From IMG/VR virus record IMGVR_UViG_3300050162_000126, positions 1 through 29,948 of that record: a stretch of 29,948 nucleotides of DNA, one strand, 5' to 3'. The stretch comes from a virus. Lineage: Duplodnaviria; Caudoviricetes. Shown here piece by piece: positions 14,937 through 25,595 of the stretch. The notes beneath the pieces were generated by a model, which saw nothing but the letters and a program-made list of their open reading frames with translations, did no database searches and was not told the origin of the DNA. Each line of letters starts with the position of its first letter. Within the stretch, counting starts at the first letter, position 1. The translations under genes and the position numbers were made by a program.

Positions 14937-15788
14937 CTATATATTTTCGTCAAAAAGCATGGATAGAGACGACTTCTCGAAATTGTCCCCCACCATCGGA
15001 TAGACGTCCGAATTGATGCCAAAAACCTCTTGTTCCCCGACCGGCAAATCATGGCGATGGAAGAAGAACTCACCGGCGTTCGTCATATAGGTCAAGAACT
15101 CGCGGACCTGCGCGCCCTCACTGGCGTCGTCGATCCAGCCCATGACAAAGCTGTGTTGCTGGCGACTGTTCTTTGAGGCCGTGAATGTTGATGTACCGCG
15201 TTGTGGCCGCTGGCTAGTCGAGTCGGAATAGTTCTTGACGCCGATCCCATAATTGAAGCCGACTCGTGTTGAGAGAAGTGGCCCTGCCCAGAAGCGCTTC
15301 AGGTCCATATAGGCGACGGGATAGGCGCCCGATGTCGCCAGGCGCGAAGTTGCGGTAAAGATGACGCGCATATAGCGCGCGCTATAGGCCTGAGACAGGA
15401 ACAGGCCCCAGACCCCACGATGACGGATCACATTTGAGGGCAATTCACCGCTGTCATAGACATCAGCATTCCCGGCGGCCGTATTGGAAAGCAGAACCTG
15501 GATTGTATCATCAGGGGCGAAATCGGCCGGCGCCTGATCAAACAGTGCTTCCGGTGTGGTTCGGCGCGGCCACTGTGCCCCTAAGACCTGAATTGAGCGC
15601 TCTTGCTGGAAATCGATGTCCAGCATCACAATAGGATCGCCATCCAGAAGAGCCCGCCATTTCAGATAGGCAGTTCGGTTCCCCACGTTAATCGCGGGCA
15701 TCCCAGACAGTTCTTTTGAGGGAGTGAACACCGCTGCCGGATCATCCAACCAATTGATATATGATAGCCTTGCCCCACTTTGCGCCAT
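14937..15788 (-). CDS. Tail tip / baseplate structural protein (283 aa)
   Basis: Position between the hub-like gene and the fibre; beta-sandwich-like SARYMRVIF motif. Confidence 0.7.
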   Translation of the reverse strand: MAQSGARLSYINWLDDPAAVFTPSKELSGMPAINVGNRTAYLKWRALLDGDPIVMLDIDFQQERSIQVLGAQWPRRTTPEALFDQAPADFAPDDTIQVLLSNTAAGNADVYDSGELPSNVIRHRGVWGLFLSQAYSARYMRVIFTATSRLATSGAYPVAYMDLKRFWAGPLLSTRVGFNYGIGVKNYSDSTSQRPQRGTSTFTASKNSRQQHSFVMGWIDDASEGAQVREFLTYMTNAGEFFFHRHDLPVGEQEVFGINSDVYPMVGDNFEKSSLSMLFDENI

Positions 15789-15796
15789 GTCCGTCC

Positions 15797-17509
15797 CTAT
15801 CCGTAAACCGTGATGACAACCGTATCAGGACTTCCGGAATCCTTCAGGCCAACCACTACCATCATGCGACCATTCTTGAAGCTTTGTCCTAAGCGATCGC
15901 TGATCAGCATAACATAATCCTGCATGTTGATCTGGTAGCCGGTACGCCACATAGTAATTCGAAGAAGGCGCCGATCTTCCTTGTAAAGACTCATGACGCG
16001 ATCAAGAACTATCTGAGCGTCTTCTACGTCGCGAAAATATGAGGTCATGTCTGTGCCAACAATCGCGCTTTTCTGTCTGACCTTAGTTGCTCCAGACTCC
16101 GCCACAAGTGGGATGAATTCAGCGATTAGGCGATTTCTGACATCGCTATCGAGCAAAACGGAAACGTCGCCGTCTGCCATAGGAGTCCAGTTCTTGCCGT
16201 AGTTCAGTGTTTGCCGCCAGCGTGCCGGGCTAGAAAGCGATACCTGCTCAATATCGATAGTCTCTTCCTGAGTTATCGTATGAGAAGCCGCCTTAGTTTG
16301 CGGCTCATCAATGTATCCTGCGCGCAGGAGACGGTAACGATCTGATCCATACCAGCCATTAATGCCGCCTAATAGTGCATCAAATATATTGCTGATCTTA
16401 AGGTCATTTTGATCGCTATAATAACCTACAGGACCAGTCGGCAATTGACCAAAACTTAGGATATCAATTAACGATGTAGTCAACGCACCGCGCTCTATAG
16501 CTATCTGAGATAAAATTTCTCCGGTGCGATCTGTATATCCAGACGTACTTTTATAGCCTCGTATATCAGCAGTTATAGCGCCGGCCGGTCCAACCGTTGG
16601 AAAAGAACAACGGAATAATCCAAGAGCCGTACATGTGGCATATTGGCCTATATCTTCAAAAGCATAGGCCACTAGATGGGCATAGTCAGGAAAATCACCA
16701 GCATAGGTAAATGGTAAGCCGCGCTCTTTTACGGCGTCGACAGCCAGGATCGGGCCATCATGAACTTGATATACCCAATAATCATTATTGATTTTAATCG
16801 GAGTGACATTGAAACATTCACCGAATAGGGTTGGGACTATCGTCCCAGCCAAGGATACATCGCCGGTTAGGCCACCCTTTCCAGTATATTGACGCAACCA
16901 TAAGGGCTGATCAAGATATGATGAGGATGATTTTACCAATAGCCGTATCACGTCATAGGTGACTTCCCACTGATCACCGATTCCTTCTGCTAAAATCCGA
17001 CCATTGCCGCTGTCATCATCTTCAAAGACGTAACGCAACCGGACGGACTGATCTCCTGGAGAATATTGGTCCGGGAGATTATCCAAGGCGCCGTCTGCGT
17101 TTTGTAGTTCATATGAACCCAAGGCGGTGTCACCGCGGCGCGAGTCGTCTGGGGAAACTGGAATTTGCCTTTCAACATCAGAAGATGATCCGATGCGAGG
17201 GACCGCTAGTTTATTTGGGAAGTAGCTATCGAGCGGCTTTCCGTCCCATTCACCATCTGAGAACAGCAGACGTTCAATGCCATCTGTTCCTACCAATTCT
17301 GGAAAATCACAAATCGGAAAGTCTGCTATAGGCATAGGCGTTATGGTCCCGACATAGCCAGCGGTATTCTTGGCTACATTGACCTCTAAAAGAATACGTC
17401 CAGCCCTTTGACTAACGATGTTTCGTGCAAAGGCCGTCAGGGTATCGACGGGACCGCCTTCAATGATCTCACAGATTGGTAGATCAGCAATAGGCCTGAA
17501 GATAGACAT
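15797..17509 (-). CDS. Tail tip protein (hub/baseplate-like, 570 aa)
   Basis: Directly follows the tape measure; YTGKGG..G...LAG..VP.LFGECFNVTP...YQVHDG motif recalled from siphophage tail-tip proteins. Confidence 0.75.
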   Translation of the reverse strand: MSIFRPIADLPICEIIEGGPVDTLTAFARNIVSQRAGRILLEVNVAKNTAGYVGTITPMPIADFPICDFPELVGTDGIERLLFSDGEWDGKPLDSYFPNKLAVPRIGSSSDVERQIPVSPDDSRRGDTALGSYELQNADGALDNLPDQYSPGDQSVRLRYVFEDDDSGNGRILAEGIGDQWEVTYDVIRLLVKSSSSYLDQPLWLRQYTGKGGLTGDVSLAGTIVPTLFGECFNVTPIKINNDYWVYQVHDGPILAVDAVKERGLPFTYAGDFPDYAHLVAYAFEDIGQYATCTALGLFRCSFPTVGPAGAITADIRGYKSTSGYTDRTGEILSQIAIERGALTTSLIDILSFGQLPTGPVGYYSDQNDLKISNIFDALLGGINGWYGSDRYRLLRAGYIDEPQTKAASHTITQEETIDIEQVSLSSPARWRQTLNYGKNWTPMADGDVSVLLDSDVRNRLIAEFIPLVAESGATKVRQKSAIVGTDMTSYFRDVEDAQIVLDRVMSLYKEDRRLLRITMWRTGYQINMQDYVMLISDRLGQSFKNGRMMVVVGLKDSGSPDTVVITVYG

Positions 17510-17518
17510 ACATTACCC

Positions 17519-20500
17519 CTAAACGGCCTTAGCAGTATTTTGAGCGATCTGCCGTTGCAAAGTTATAATCTGCTGTTGCAGGGTTACATTGGTATCTTGC
17601 TGATCGGAAAGTTGTTTTTGCAGCGCCTGGAAATATCCCGTTAGGGCGGCAAGAGCCGTGTCTGTTGATGATTGGCTAGTGGTAGAGGCTGAAACAGTAT
17701 TTGTTGTTTGGGCAGTCTGTCCCGTGGTCGCATCGGCATAGCTAACGGCTTGCGTAGTCGCATTATCATTGGCTACTGAAGATGACACAAGTGTCGCCAG
17801 CGTCTGCAATTGAGAGTCTGATAGGGTGGCCCCATCCTGCGCTGCAGATAGGGTTAGATACTGCCCCAGTAGGTTCTTCACATCTCCGAATGTCCCTGAT
17901 AATTGGCTTAGATCATTCGCCAGGGTATCAAGTTGCGGATCGGAATCACCCAAGATGTTTTTGATTTCAGTCAAAAGATCGATTTGCGAATTCAGGGCTT
18001 CGATTTGTGTGTCTGCCGCATCGGCGCCGCTAGTTGCAGAAGCGGAAGCCTGATCTAAGAGCGATGTTACCAGATTATAATCTGAACTGAATTGCGCGGT
18101 TGACCCGTAATTGGTCCTGGACCGTTCGATCAGTGTATTGGCTAAATCTGATAGTTTGGCCAAGGCATCCTGATCGCCACCTATGGCAGAGGCTGCCGTA
18201 CTTTTGAACTGGTCACGAAGGCTATTAATCGACGCTATTGGAGTCGTATTGCTATATTGATCCTTGATCGACTGAGAGGTATCGCCAATTGATGTTGCCA
18301 AGCTGCGCAGATTTGCAGATGTATCTTTCAGGGTATTGATGGTGTCGTCTATACCGCTGATCAGCGGATCGAGCGCATCCAGAAGCTTTGACCCAACCAC
18401 ACCGATCTTGCCGGTGTAATCTTCGATCAAGCCGAGATAATCACCAAGCTGAAGCTTTTCAGTATCTGACAGGTTCTTGAAGAAGTTCGACGTCTCCACC
18501 GCATTCAGACGATCGACAGCGGCCAGATTGGCGCCCAGTGCCGTAGCATCTGCGATACGGTCCTTTTGCGTCTTCAGCATCTGTTCCAGATTGTACAGGG
18601 TTTCATTTGATGCCTGTAACAAGGAGTCGGCAGTGGAGCTATCAAACGTTGTCTTCAGGTCATTTTTAGCGCTTGCATAGGACGTATCCAGAGCGCTTGT
18701 ATCCTGACCAGAAGCTGTCATTTGCGTCTTCAGTTGATTATAGGCGTCTGTGAGATCTGCAATGCTGCTATAGGAACTAGCCAGGCTATCAATGAAGTTC
18801 TGCGTTTCCTCTGAATTCAAAGCCAGAACTTGGTTTAGATCACCACCCAGCGCAATGGCATCGCTCACCCTTTCGGCCTGAGTTTTAAGCATGTCAGAAT
18901 ATTGGCCGGCAATGGAAGACCGCTCCTTCAAAAGCTGATCGGCAATATCGTTATTGAACGATGTCGCCAGTTCGCTTTTGGCTGTATTATATGCCTCAGT
19001 AAGGGCGGCGCTATATTTTCCCGTCTCTGCAATCAACGGTTCAAAAACATCACTGATCGATTTCAGATTAGTTTGCCAATCAGACAGCGGCGTATCAAGA
19101 GCTTCAAGAACGCCCTTCACGCTGGAAAGGGCGGAGGTCGTATCATCAAAGCCCTGGCCGGAATTGATGAGGGCGTCCTTAACTTTATTCAGGCTATCGC
19201 TTGCAAGCTTCGTATTTTTAAGGACGGATAACAGGGCATCATTTGCAAGGTCAGCCGCATCTCCAACGGAGCCCGTGTTGACCGTTTGACCATTGGAAAG
19301 GGTGGCTTGAGATTGGTCACGGTTGCCAATATGAAGGCTTGTGATGGTCGTGCTAAGTGTACCCCCCAAGCTTTTGATTGCATCATATCCAGAGGAAATC
19401 GCACTTATGGCCGAGGACAAAGCAGAGGATGTTTCATCCGTTGGCTTTCCATAGATTGATCCAGATATTGAACCAGAGGCCGTTAGATTTGCCGCCGCTC
19501 TATTGTCGGCCGATTTCGGACCCAGAAGCCCGCCTAAAATTCCACCAATAACAGATCCTAGAACCGTCCCTATTCCCGGAAGAGCCGTTCCTATTGCGGC
19601 GCCAACCGCCGAACCTATCGAGCTATTTAGCTGTTGTGCTGCCGTCTTTCCATTTAGACCAGTTGCAGAGACAATAGACTGTCCTGTAGAATATCCTGCG
19701 TAAGCGCTAATAACGGAACTTGCAGCCTTTCCGGCCACCGAGGAGCTATTGAAAGAGTAGCTTCCATCCGAACCCTTTTTAAGCACACCAACCTTTTCAA
19801 GAAGAGTGCTTATTCCATCTTTTGCACTTTTGAACACATCATCGAAGACGCTTTTTAGAGATGTGCGAAGCCCTTCTAGGACCGGTTCAAATCCAGCCTT
19901 TAATCCAGCGCTGGCTTGTTTCAGGAATATATCCTTCAGGCTAACGCCAAGGTCAGATATAGATCCCTTGCCATTAGTGAGGAAGGTGTCCCAAAACTGA
20001 TCAGAAGCCGATGTCAGGGAGTCTACTGCACCGTCAGTAGCCGTCTTCTGGTCAAGCGCCTTGATACGCTCTCCGACCTTCAGAATTTTGTCGTATTCTT
20101 CACTGATCTTTCGACGGGCCTGCAGTTCCTGATAGGCATCGTAGACCACCTGTTGCGATAGGACCTCGCCTTCCTTCAGGTTGGTCACAGCTTCTTTATA
20201 CGCCTGCGCATAATCAGACCAACTGTTAAAGCTATCTAACGAGCTTCCGGAATTTATGTTGCTATTCAGGATTTTCATGCTGCCGACTTCGGCCAGCTTG
20301 GCATTGATTTGCTTGATCGCGGTGTCCACGATCTTTGTGCCCTTTTGCATGGCGTCGAACAGGCCCTTGTTAAAGGCATTGTCAAAGGTCATCACCGCCT
20401 TGGCCGTGTCAGCGCTATCGAATACGGTCAGTTTTGGAAGCTTTTCTTTCGTTGATTTTTTGAATCCATCATAGGACTTCGTTACCCGGTTGATCTGTTC

Positions 20501-22132
20501 ATCCAGATATTTTGCCTGCTGTGTCAGGTCTTTCATACTGAAGCCATCGCCGCCGGCGTCGATCGCTGCCTGAAGTTGGGCGCGCTGTTGTTTTAAGGCC
20601 GTCAGTTGGCCGGAGGGGCCGCTAGATAGTTGTGAAGCGATTTGTGCCGTCTGCTGTTTGCGAATGGACTCCTGATTATTGATTTCCTTTATGGAATTTA
20701 CCTGTGCATCTAGCAAAATCTTTTGATTTTGCAGGGCGGTTAATTCAGCTTGTTGAGTATCTGTAAACGCGCCCCTTCCTGAGACGTTTCCTTTTGCCGT
20801 CTGTTCTTTTGCATTTTTCAAAACTGCAATTCTGGCATCTATAGATTTTTGAGCAGAGACTGATTTATCATCTGCAGTTTGTACCTTGCCCCAATTCATC
20901 AGGGAATTGGTGGCCTGGCCGATCATATCCTTCAGACCTTTCCAGGACTGTTCCAGAATGCCAAGGTTTTCCACCTGGTGCCCGACCTGACCATTGAGGG
21001 CCTGCATCGCCAGGGCTGCCGCCCCCTGCGCATCGCCCGACTCCTGCATCGCTTTTATTTGCTCGTACAGTCCGCCAGTCAGGAAGTGATAAGTCTCATT
21101 AAGCTGCGCAGCCGCTTTAGTGGTATCCCCGAATAGCGGGAGAAGGCTTTCCATAGACTTCTTCGCGTCGGTCCCCATGGCCTTCGATAGGTTGATTGCG
21201 GTTTCAGTCAATAGGCCGACATTTTCTCCCATTACCTTACCGGACTGAACCACCTGAAGTTCTAGCCCACGGACCTCTTGCGCAGACTTTCCGGTACTTT
21301 CATGGATAGCATCTGCCATGCTGTAGAAATCAGCAGAGGTTACACCAGCAGCGCGACCCGTAGCGTTTAAGGAATTAATGACCTTTATCGACTCTTCGGC
21401 GCCATTGTGCATTTCGTTTAAGGCAATGACAACGGCGCCCACGGCGGCGGCCACAGCTGTACCGGCCAGGATCAGGCCACCGAAGCGCGTGACCAGCGAA
21501 CCGATTCCGGAACCGACTTGAGACAGCACGTTCTTCCATGAAACGCCGGCTTGTCCGACAATGGTATTTGCGGTGAGCATCTGTTGCACAAAGGCCTTCA
21601 ACGGGTTTTGGCCGGAAATGATCGATTCGGAGAAGTCCTTGACCTGAACAGACAGGTTCATCATTTCATGAGTGGTCAGCTTGGTCTTTTCAGCTACGCC
21701 TGTGACGCCGCTTTCAAACGCCTTCAGCTTAGCGATGTCACCGGCGGCCTGTTCTCCCAAGCCCAATTGCGCCGCCCTATACGCCAGAATGTCAGACTTC
21801 GATTTGCCCAAGGTATCCGCCTGCGCCTTCAAGGACGCGAGGAAGGCAGTTTGTTTCCGCGCCGTCGACTCGGTATCATCCCCCAGGGCCTTCACGCTTG
21901 ACCCGGCATCCTTGGCACCCATGCCCAGGCTTTCCATGGCCGAATCCAGTGCGCCGGTCTTTCCGGTGAGGTCGCCGGCGGCTTTGTTCGCGCTGTTGAT
22001 CCCGCTTTCCAAGCCAGAGGCGGCGGCCTCAACCCCCTCCATGGCCTTTTGCAATTTCAGCGAGTCGGATTCGGCATCCTTCAGGCTGGACGTTTTAAAA
22101 TCGATGCCAAGTTCCGCGGCGAAATCGTCCAT
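17519..22132 (-). CDS. Tail tape measure protein (1537 aa)
   Basis: Longest ORF, Ala/Ser/Leu-rich and helical; lambda-type NLSVQVKDF..SI.SGQNPL.AF.QQ motif; Gly-zipper TM segment; follows the chaperone genes. Confidence 0.95.
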   Translation of the reverse strand: MDDFAAELGIDFKTSSLKDAESDSLKLQKAMEGVEAAASGLESGINSANKAAGDLTGKTGALDSAMESLGMGAKDAGSSVKALGDDTESTARKQTAFLASLKAQADTLGKSKSDILAYRAAQLGLGEQAAGDIAKLKAFESGVTGVAEKTKLTTHEMMNLSVQVKDFSESIISGQNPLKAFVQQMLTANTIVGQAGVSWKNVLSQVGSGIGSLVTRFGGLILAGTAVAAAVGAVVIALNEMHNGAEESIKVINSLNATGRAAGVTSADFYSMADAIHESTGKSAQEVRGLELQVVQSGKVMGENVGLLTETAINLSKAMGTDAKKSMESLLPLFGDTTKAAAQLNETYHFLTGGLYEQIKAMQESGDAQGAAALAMQALNGQVGHQVENLGILEQSWKGLKDMIGQATNSLMNWGKVQTADDKSVSAQKSIDARIAVLKNAKEQTAKGNVSGRGAFTDTQQAELTALQNQKILLDAQVNSIKEINNQESIRKQQTAQIASQLSSGPSGQLTALKQQRAQLQAAIDAGGDGFSMKDLTQQAKYLDEQINRVTKSYDGFKKSTKEKLPKLTVFDSADTAKAVMTFDNAFNKGLFDAMQKGTKIVDTAIKQINAKLAEVGSMKILNSNINSGSSLDSFNSWSDYAQAYKEAVTNLKEGEVLSQQVVYDAYQELQARRKISEEYDKILKVGERIKALDQKTATDGAVDSLTSASDQFWDTFLTNGKGSISDLGVSLKDIFLKQASAGLKAGFEPVLEGLRTSLKSVFDDVFKSAKDGISTLLEKVGVLKKGSDGSYSFNSSSVAGKAASSVISAYAGYSTGQSIVSATGLNGKTAAQQLNSSIGSAVGAAIGTALPGIGTVLGSVIGGILGGLLGPKSADNRAAANLTASGSISGSIYGKPTDETSSALSSAISAISSGYDAIKSLGGTLSTTITSLHIGNRDQSQATLSNGQTVNTGSVGDAADLANDALLSVLKNTKLASDSLNKVKDALINSGQGFDDTTSALSSVKGVLEALDTPLSDWQTNLKSISDVFEPLIAETGKYSAALTEAYNTAKSELATSFNNDIADQLLKERSSIAGQYSDMLKTQAERVSDAIALGGDLNQVLALNSEETQNFIDSLASSYSSIADLTDAYNQLKTQMTASGQDTSALDTSYASAKNDLKTTFDSSTADSLLQASNETLYNLEQMLKTQKDRIADATALGANLAAVDRLNAVETSNFFKNLSDTEKLQLGDYLGLIEDYTGKIGVVGSKLLDALDPLISGIDDTINTLKDTSANLRSLATSIGDTSQSIKDQYSNTTPIASINSLRDQFKSTAASAIGGDQDALAKLSDLANTLIERSRTNYGSTAQFSSDYNLVTSLLDQASASATSGADAADTQIEALNSQIDLLTEIKNILGDSDPQLDTLANDLSQLSGTFGDVKNLLGQYLTLSAAQDGATLSDSQLQTLATLVSSSVANDNATTQAVSYADATTGQTAQTTNTVSASTTSQSSTDTALAALTGYFQALQKQLSDQQDTNVTLQQQIITLQRQIAQNTAKAV

Positions 22133-22203
22133 TGCCCAAGTGCCCCATACTGTGGTTTCGAGGCCACAATAACGGAACGGGGGCTATTTTGAAAGGGACA
22201 GGC

Positions 22204-22595
22204 TCACGCGGCCTTTTTGGCGTTCCTTGCCATGCGATCCGACATGACGGAAACAAAGGCGCGATCGATCAGGATCAGGGCTTCGCGTTCAAAGCGGTTC
22301 GGCCGGAAACCGCGCAGCGCGCACCACGGCATAATCTCAGACCACGGGATTGCGGCGATGCCATTCATCGATTGCGGCCGGCCCTGCGCGGACAGTTCAT
22401 CATATAGCTGGAAAATGTAGGCTGTGGTCTTCGGCGGGTCAGGCAGTCGCGTGACCTCATTTAGTTTTATGCCGTCCTGCGCATAAAGCCTTACGGCCTC
22501 CCGGTTGTAATGCAACTGCGAGAGGCCGTTCTTATCGGGAGCGAGAAGGGTAAAGCGCTCTTTCGCTACTTGCTCAACACGAGCGAGCGCGTCTG
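22204..22595 (-). CDS. C-terminal (T) part of the frameshifted tail assembly chaperone GT
   Basis: The -1 frame is open from the T7 run (SDALARVEQ...QLHYNREAV) into ORF 22204..22515, which has no good start of its own; P..W.EI..W...E...I..ID motif. Confidence 0.85.
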
Positions 22596-23015
22596 AAAAA
22601 AATTGGCTTGGTTCTTAACGGCCGCATTGACCTGTTTACGAAGCCAAGCGTTCTTCTGGCCGGAATAGATTTCGAAGGCCAGGTCTTCTGAGAAGGGAAC
22701 CTCGTCGCCGGTCTTGAGGTTCTGCATATTCCAGCCGACCGTGAGTTGTGCCAGGAAGCGCATATTTTCGGCGCGGTTTTCATCGAAGTCATCGGCAACT
22801 TCTTCGCCGGTCTTAGCGGCGGCCTTGGCGAGATTGAAGGCTTCGCGGACATTGGCCAGAACCTTTTCCGACATGTCCGAGGATTCAACTTCTATATAGA
22901 AGGGGATGCCGTCAAGGCGCTTCAGGGCGGAGCCGTCCGGTGCCTTCAGCGGCATCTTGAAAGTGTCGCGCTGATCAGCAAAGCCAATGGCATCGGCAAT
23001 ATTTGAGAGGTCCAT
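22566..23015 (-). CDS. Tail assembly chaperone (G)
   Basis: AAGGA SD before ATG 23015; between tail tube and tape measure; ends ...ANFFQ at the slippery site. Confidence 0.88.
   Translation of the reverse strand: MDLSNIADAIGFADQRDTFKMPLKAPDGSALKRLDGIPFYIEVESSDMSEKVLANVREAFNLAKAAAKTGEEVADDFDENRAENMRFLAQLTVGWNMQNLKTGDEVPFSEDLAFEIYSGQKNAWLRKQVNAAVKNQANFFQTRSLVLSK
22596..22602 (-). other. Programmed -1 frameshift slippery site T TTT TTT
   Basis: Minus strand reads AAT TTT TTT CAG; a -1 slip joins G to the downstream frame with no intervening stop. Confidence 0.85.
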
Positions 23016-23074
23016 GCGGAGTTCCTTAAAGTTAGGGACCGGCTTCGCCCGCCGGCCCCCCTTGGAACTGGTCA

Positions 23075-24310
23075 TTACGATGCCGAGAAGTCCTGGATCA
23101 GGACTACACTGTCAATCGTACCAGTGGCCGGATCAGGACGCAAGGCGCGGAAGCTGGCCGTTTGTTGGATGCCGTTTTCAGGATCATCCTTATCGTTGGT
23201 GTTGAGCTTGGTGCGGCCGCAATAGATTGCGATGCCCTGTGTCTGGTCTGGCGAATAAAGCGATATCGCAACGGGAACGATCGCTTCATTACGGAAGGCG
23301 TCCCGCAAAACATTGCTGTTGATATAGGCAGTCAGTTCGCCCGAAACCTTGGCATTCTTGCCGTAGAAGACATCCGGCGAAATCTGCGAGGCGATGACTT
23401 CCGGCGCCACACATTGCAGATCAATTTCAACCGTCATGTTTGTGCCAAGGCGGATGCGCTGGCCAGCGATGCGGATAGCGGCACGAATGCCAGTCAGACC
23501 ACGATACAGGCCAGGCTCAACCGGAGAAGTGAAGTATGGCGCCGAAACGCCGGTCAAGTCATCGTTATCGCCCGTACCCACATAACTGAAGGTGATGTCC
23601 GCAAAACCATTCGGCGCGATCTTCAGGGACATTTTGGAGAGGCGGACATCCTTGTACAGGGCGGAGATATCCAGATCGGCATGATGATCTTCGATGGTGG
23701 CCACCGGATCGGTGCGGCCGGTTGCCGGGATATAGGTGCCCATGCCGATGCCGTTCACCGTGGCATTTTCATCGGCCACCGAAATGTCCGTGAACAGTTT
23801 CCCGTCCAAACGGTCAAGTGTCATGGCCGTAGCCGTCAGGGCTACGATAGTGGCGGGCTTGGCGATATCCAAAGCCGTGGCGATGGCACCCAGAGAGACG
23901 ACATGTCCGACGCGGTGGCCATCCACGATAAAAGAACCGCCAGAGCCGCCCACGCGGGTCAGGACGCCCGTTGAACCTACAAGGGTGATGCCGTCGCCAG
24001 TGGCCGCCGTAGTCGCGCCCAAGGCCGTCATGTCGCGGCGGCAGATCGCCTCAAACTCGCGCTGCCATTCGGCGGAATACAGTTCGCCATTGATATCGCC
24101 GGCTACCATGAACTGGCCGTGGCCGATATCATGCTCTTGGCCATCCGTGGTCTTCTCGCCGGACTCGAAGGTGTTCTTTTTGAAGCCGATGGTGAACGAC
24201 TTGCGGCGGGACTTGCGCGCATCCGTTGCCGTGGTCAGAGCGGGAGTGCCAAGCGCCGATTGGGGCGCGACGGCCACGTAACGATCAATGGTGTTCGCAA
24301 TATTTGACAT
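23075..24310 (-). CDS. Major tail tube protein
   Basis: GGAG SD before ATG 24310; FES.E...GDINGEL and VSGELTAY tube-protein motifs; canonical position. Confidence 0.88.
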   Translation of the reverse strand: MSNIANTIDRYVAVAPQSALGTPALTTATDARKSRRKSFTIGFKKNTFESGEKTTDGQEHDIGHGQFMVAGDINGELYSAEWQREFEAICRRDMTALGATTAATGDGITLVGSTGVLTRVGGSGGSFIVDGHRVGHVVSLGAIATALDIAKPATIVALTATAMTLDRLDGKLFTDISVADENATVNGIGMGTYIPATGRTDPVATIEDHHADLDISALYKDVRLSKMSLKIAPNGFADITFSYVGTGDNDDLTGVSAPYFTSPVEPGLYRGLTGIRAAIRIAGQRIRLGTNMTVEIDLQCVAPEVIASQISPDVFYGKNAKVSGELTAYINSNVLRDAFRNEAIVPVAISLYSPDQTQGIAIYCGRTKLNTNDKDDPENGIQQTASFRALRPDPATGTIDSVVLIQDFSAS

Positions 24311-24390
24311 AGTGGGGCTTCTCCGCTGTGGATTAAGGGCAACAGGTGTTGCCAATAAGTATCACTGTTGCGGAAAATGCTCAAGCGCCA

Positions 24391-24855
24391 CTATCGGCCC
24401 CCGTCTTCGACCTCAAACCAGATTGTCACAGCGCAGCGGATAAACGCGCCTTCAGGCGGCAAGCGGGTGATCGACGGCATACGCGGGATATCGATATCCG
24501 TTGTTCCCTGGGTGAAGGCCAGCGGACCCTTGTCCCAAAACAGGCGGCGGATCAGTTCGCAATATTCGCGCATTTTCTTTGGTGAGCCATTGACGGCGGG
24601 ATAGTGCATCAGGGCTTGATAATAGCCCTTTTGCCGGGTGAAGACGTTTTCCCCACTGGCGATTGATGCGTTATACGGATCGGCCATGACACAGGAGCCT
24701 TCAATATACGGCTGGTCAATGACTGGCGTATGGGGGGAATCAGCATCCGTGAAGACCGCCCTTTCCGTTGTAGACGCCCCCACCGTTAGGGCCGTGGCCT
24801 TGGCGAAGGTGTCCAGCTTAATAGCGAACCCGCTCTCGATTTCAGCTTGCTTCAC
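24391..24855 (-). CDS. Tail terminator-like protein
   Basis: 154 aa directly upstream of the tail tube; G.YQ..MHYP...G pattern. Confidence 0.7.
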   Translation of the reverse strand: MKQAEIESGFAIKLDTFAKATALTVGASTTERAVFTDADSPHTPVIDQPYIEGSCVMADPYNASIASGENVFTRQKGYYQALMHYPAVNGSPKKMREYCELIRRLFWDKGPLAFTQGTTDIDIPRMPSITRLPPEGAFIRCAVTIWFEVEDGGR

Positions 24856-25270
24856 TGCCTGCCCCTGACTTCACTTGCCGGACAGCCCCGGCCACGATCT
24901 GTGGCCATTCCACCATCGTTATCCTAAGCATACCATTTGGCGCCTTGGATTTCGACCACCCTTCAAATTCGATCTTCGGACCATATGGCATCCGATTACG
25001 AAGGGTGATCTTGTCGCCAAGCTGGAAGGCCTGCATAGCGCGTCTGGCGGACTGAAACGATTCCTCGCCGGCGGTCGACGGCCCCCATTGGATGATCATA
25101 GACGGCGCGTTCAATGAGCTGCGCCAGTTATTCTTAAGCTGGCCGGTGAGTTTGGGCGTCCGCTGGATCAGCTTCGTGATGAACGTGTAATAGGCGATGA
25201 CCACCGTGTCATGAAGCCGCCCCACGATCATTTGTTGCATAACAGCCGGTGACTTCGACCACTTCGCCAT
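24842..25270 (-). CDS. HK97 gp10-like neck / tail completion protein
   Basis: RTPKLTGQLKNNW, N..PY...IEF.GWS..AP.GM.R motifs; ATG 25270 coupled by TAATG. Confidence 0.85.
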   Translation of the reverse strand: MAKWSKSPAVMQQMIVGRLHDTVVIAYYTFITKLIQRTPKLTGQLKNNWRSSLNAPSMIIQWGPSTAGEESFQSARRAMQAFQLGDKITLRNRMPYGPKIEFEGWSKSKAPNGMLRITMVEWPQIVAGAVRQVKSGAGSEAS

Positions 25271-25593
25271 TATTCGGCGGCCTTGATATCGGTATCGAAG
25301 TCCTGAAACTCTTTTGGTAGCACGGGGAGCGGGACATAATGGCCGCGTTTCGAGTGCCAGCAATCGCCCTGATACTGGATAACGCCATCCTTCAGGAAGT
25401 AATGGCAAATCCTGTTTGGTTCGCCATCGCGCGCCGGCGCAATGGTATGTGAAAAGGATGGTTCAAAAGTGGGGAACTGGAAATCGCCATTGAATTTCCA
25501 TGTATCCGGCAGGGGGTGCATCTGGTCGCATGGTTCGCAATAATGCAGAAACATCCCACGGCAGCGACGGAAATATTGACTGATCTGGCCCAC
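25270..25593 (-). CDS. Cys/His metal-binding protein, DUF6527-like
   Basis: CEPCDQMH...WKFNGD...PTFEPS...CHYFLKDG.IQY.GDCWH; GTG start 25593 just after the upstream stop. Family name recalled from the motif. Confidence 0.7.
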   Translation of the reverse strand: MGQISQYFRRCRGMFLHYCEPCDQMHPLPDTWKFNGDFQFPTFEPSFSHTIAPARDGEPNRICHYFLKDGVIQYQGDCWHSKRGHYVPLPVLPKEFQDFDTDIKAAE

Positions 25594-25595
25594 GT

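Noticed and set aside
23162-24281. Long plus-strand ORFs (270 aa, 181 aa) opposite the tail tube gene
   Set aside because: Antisense shadows of a GC-rich coding frame; no SD or recognisable motifs.
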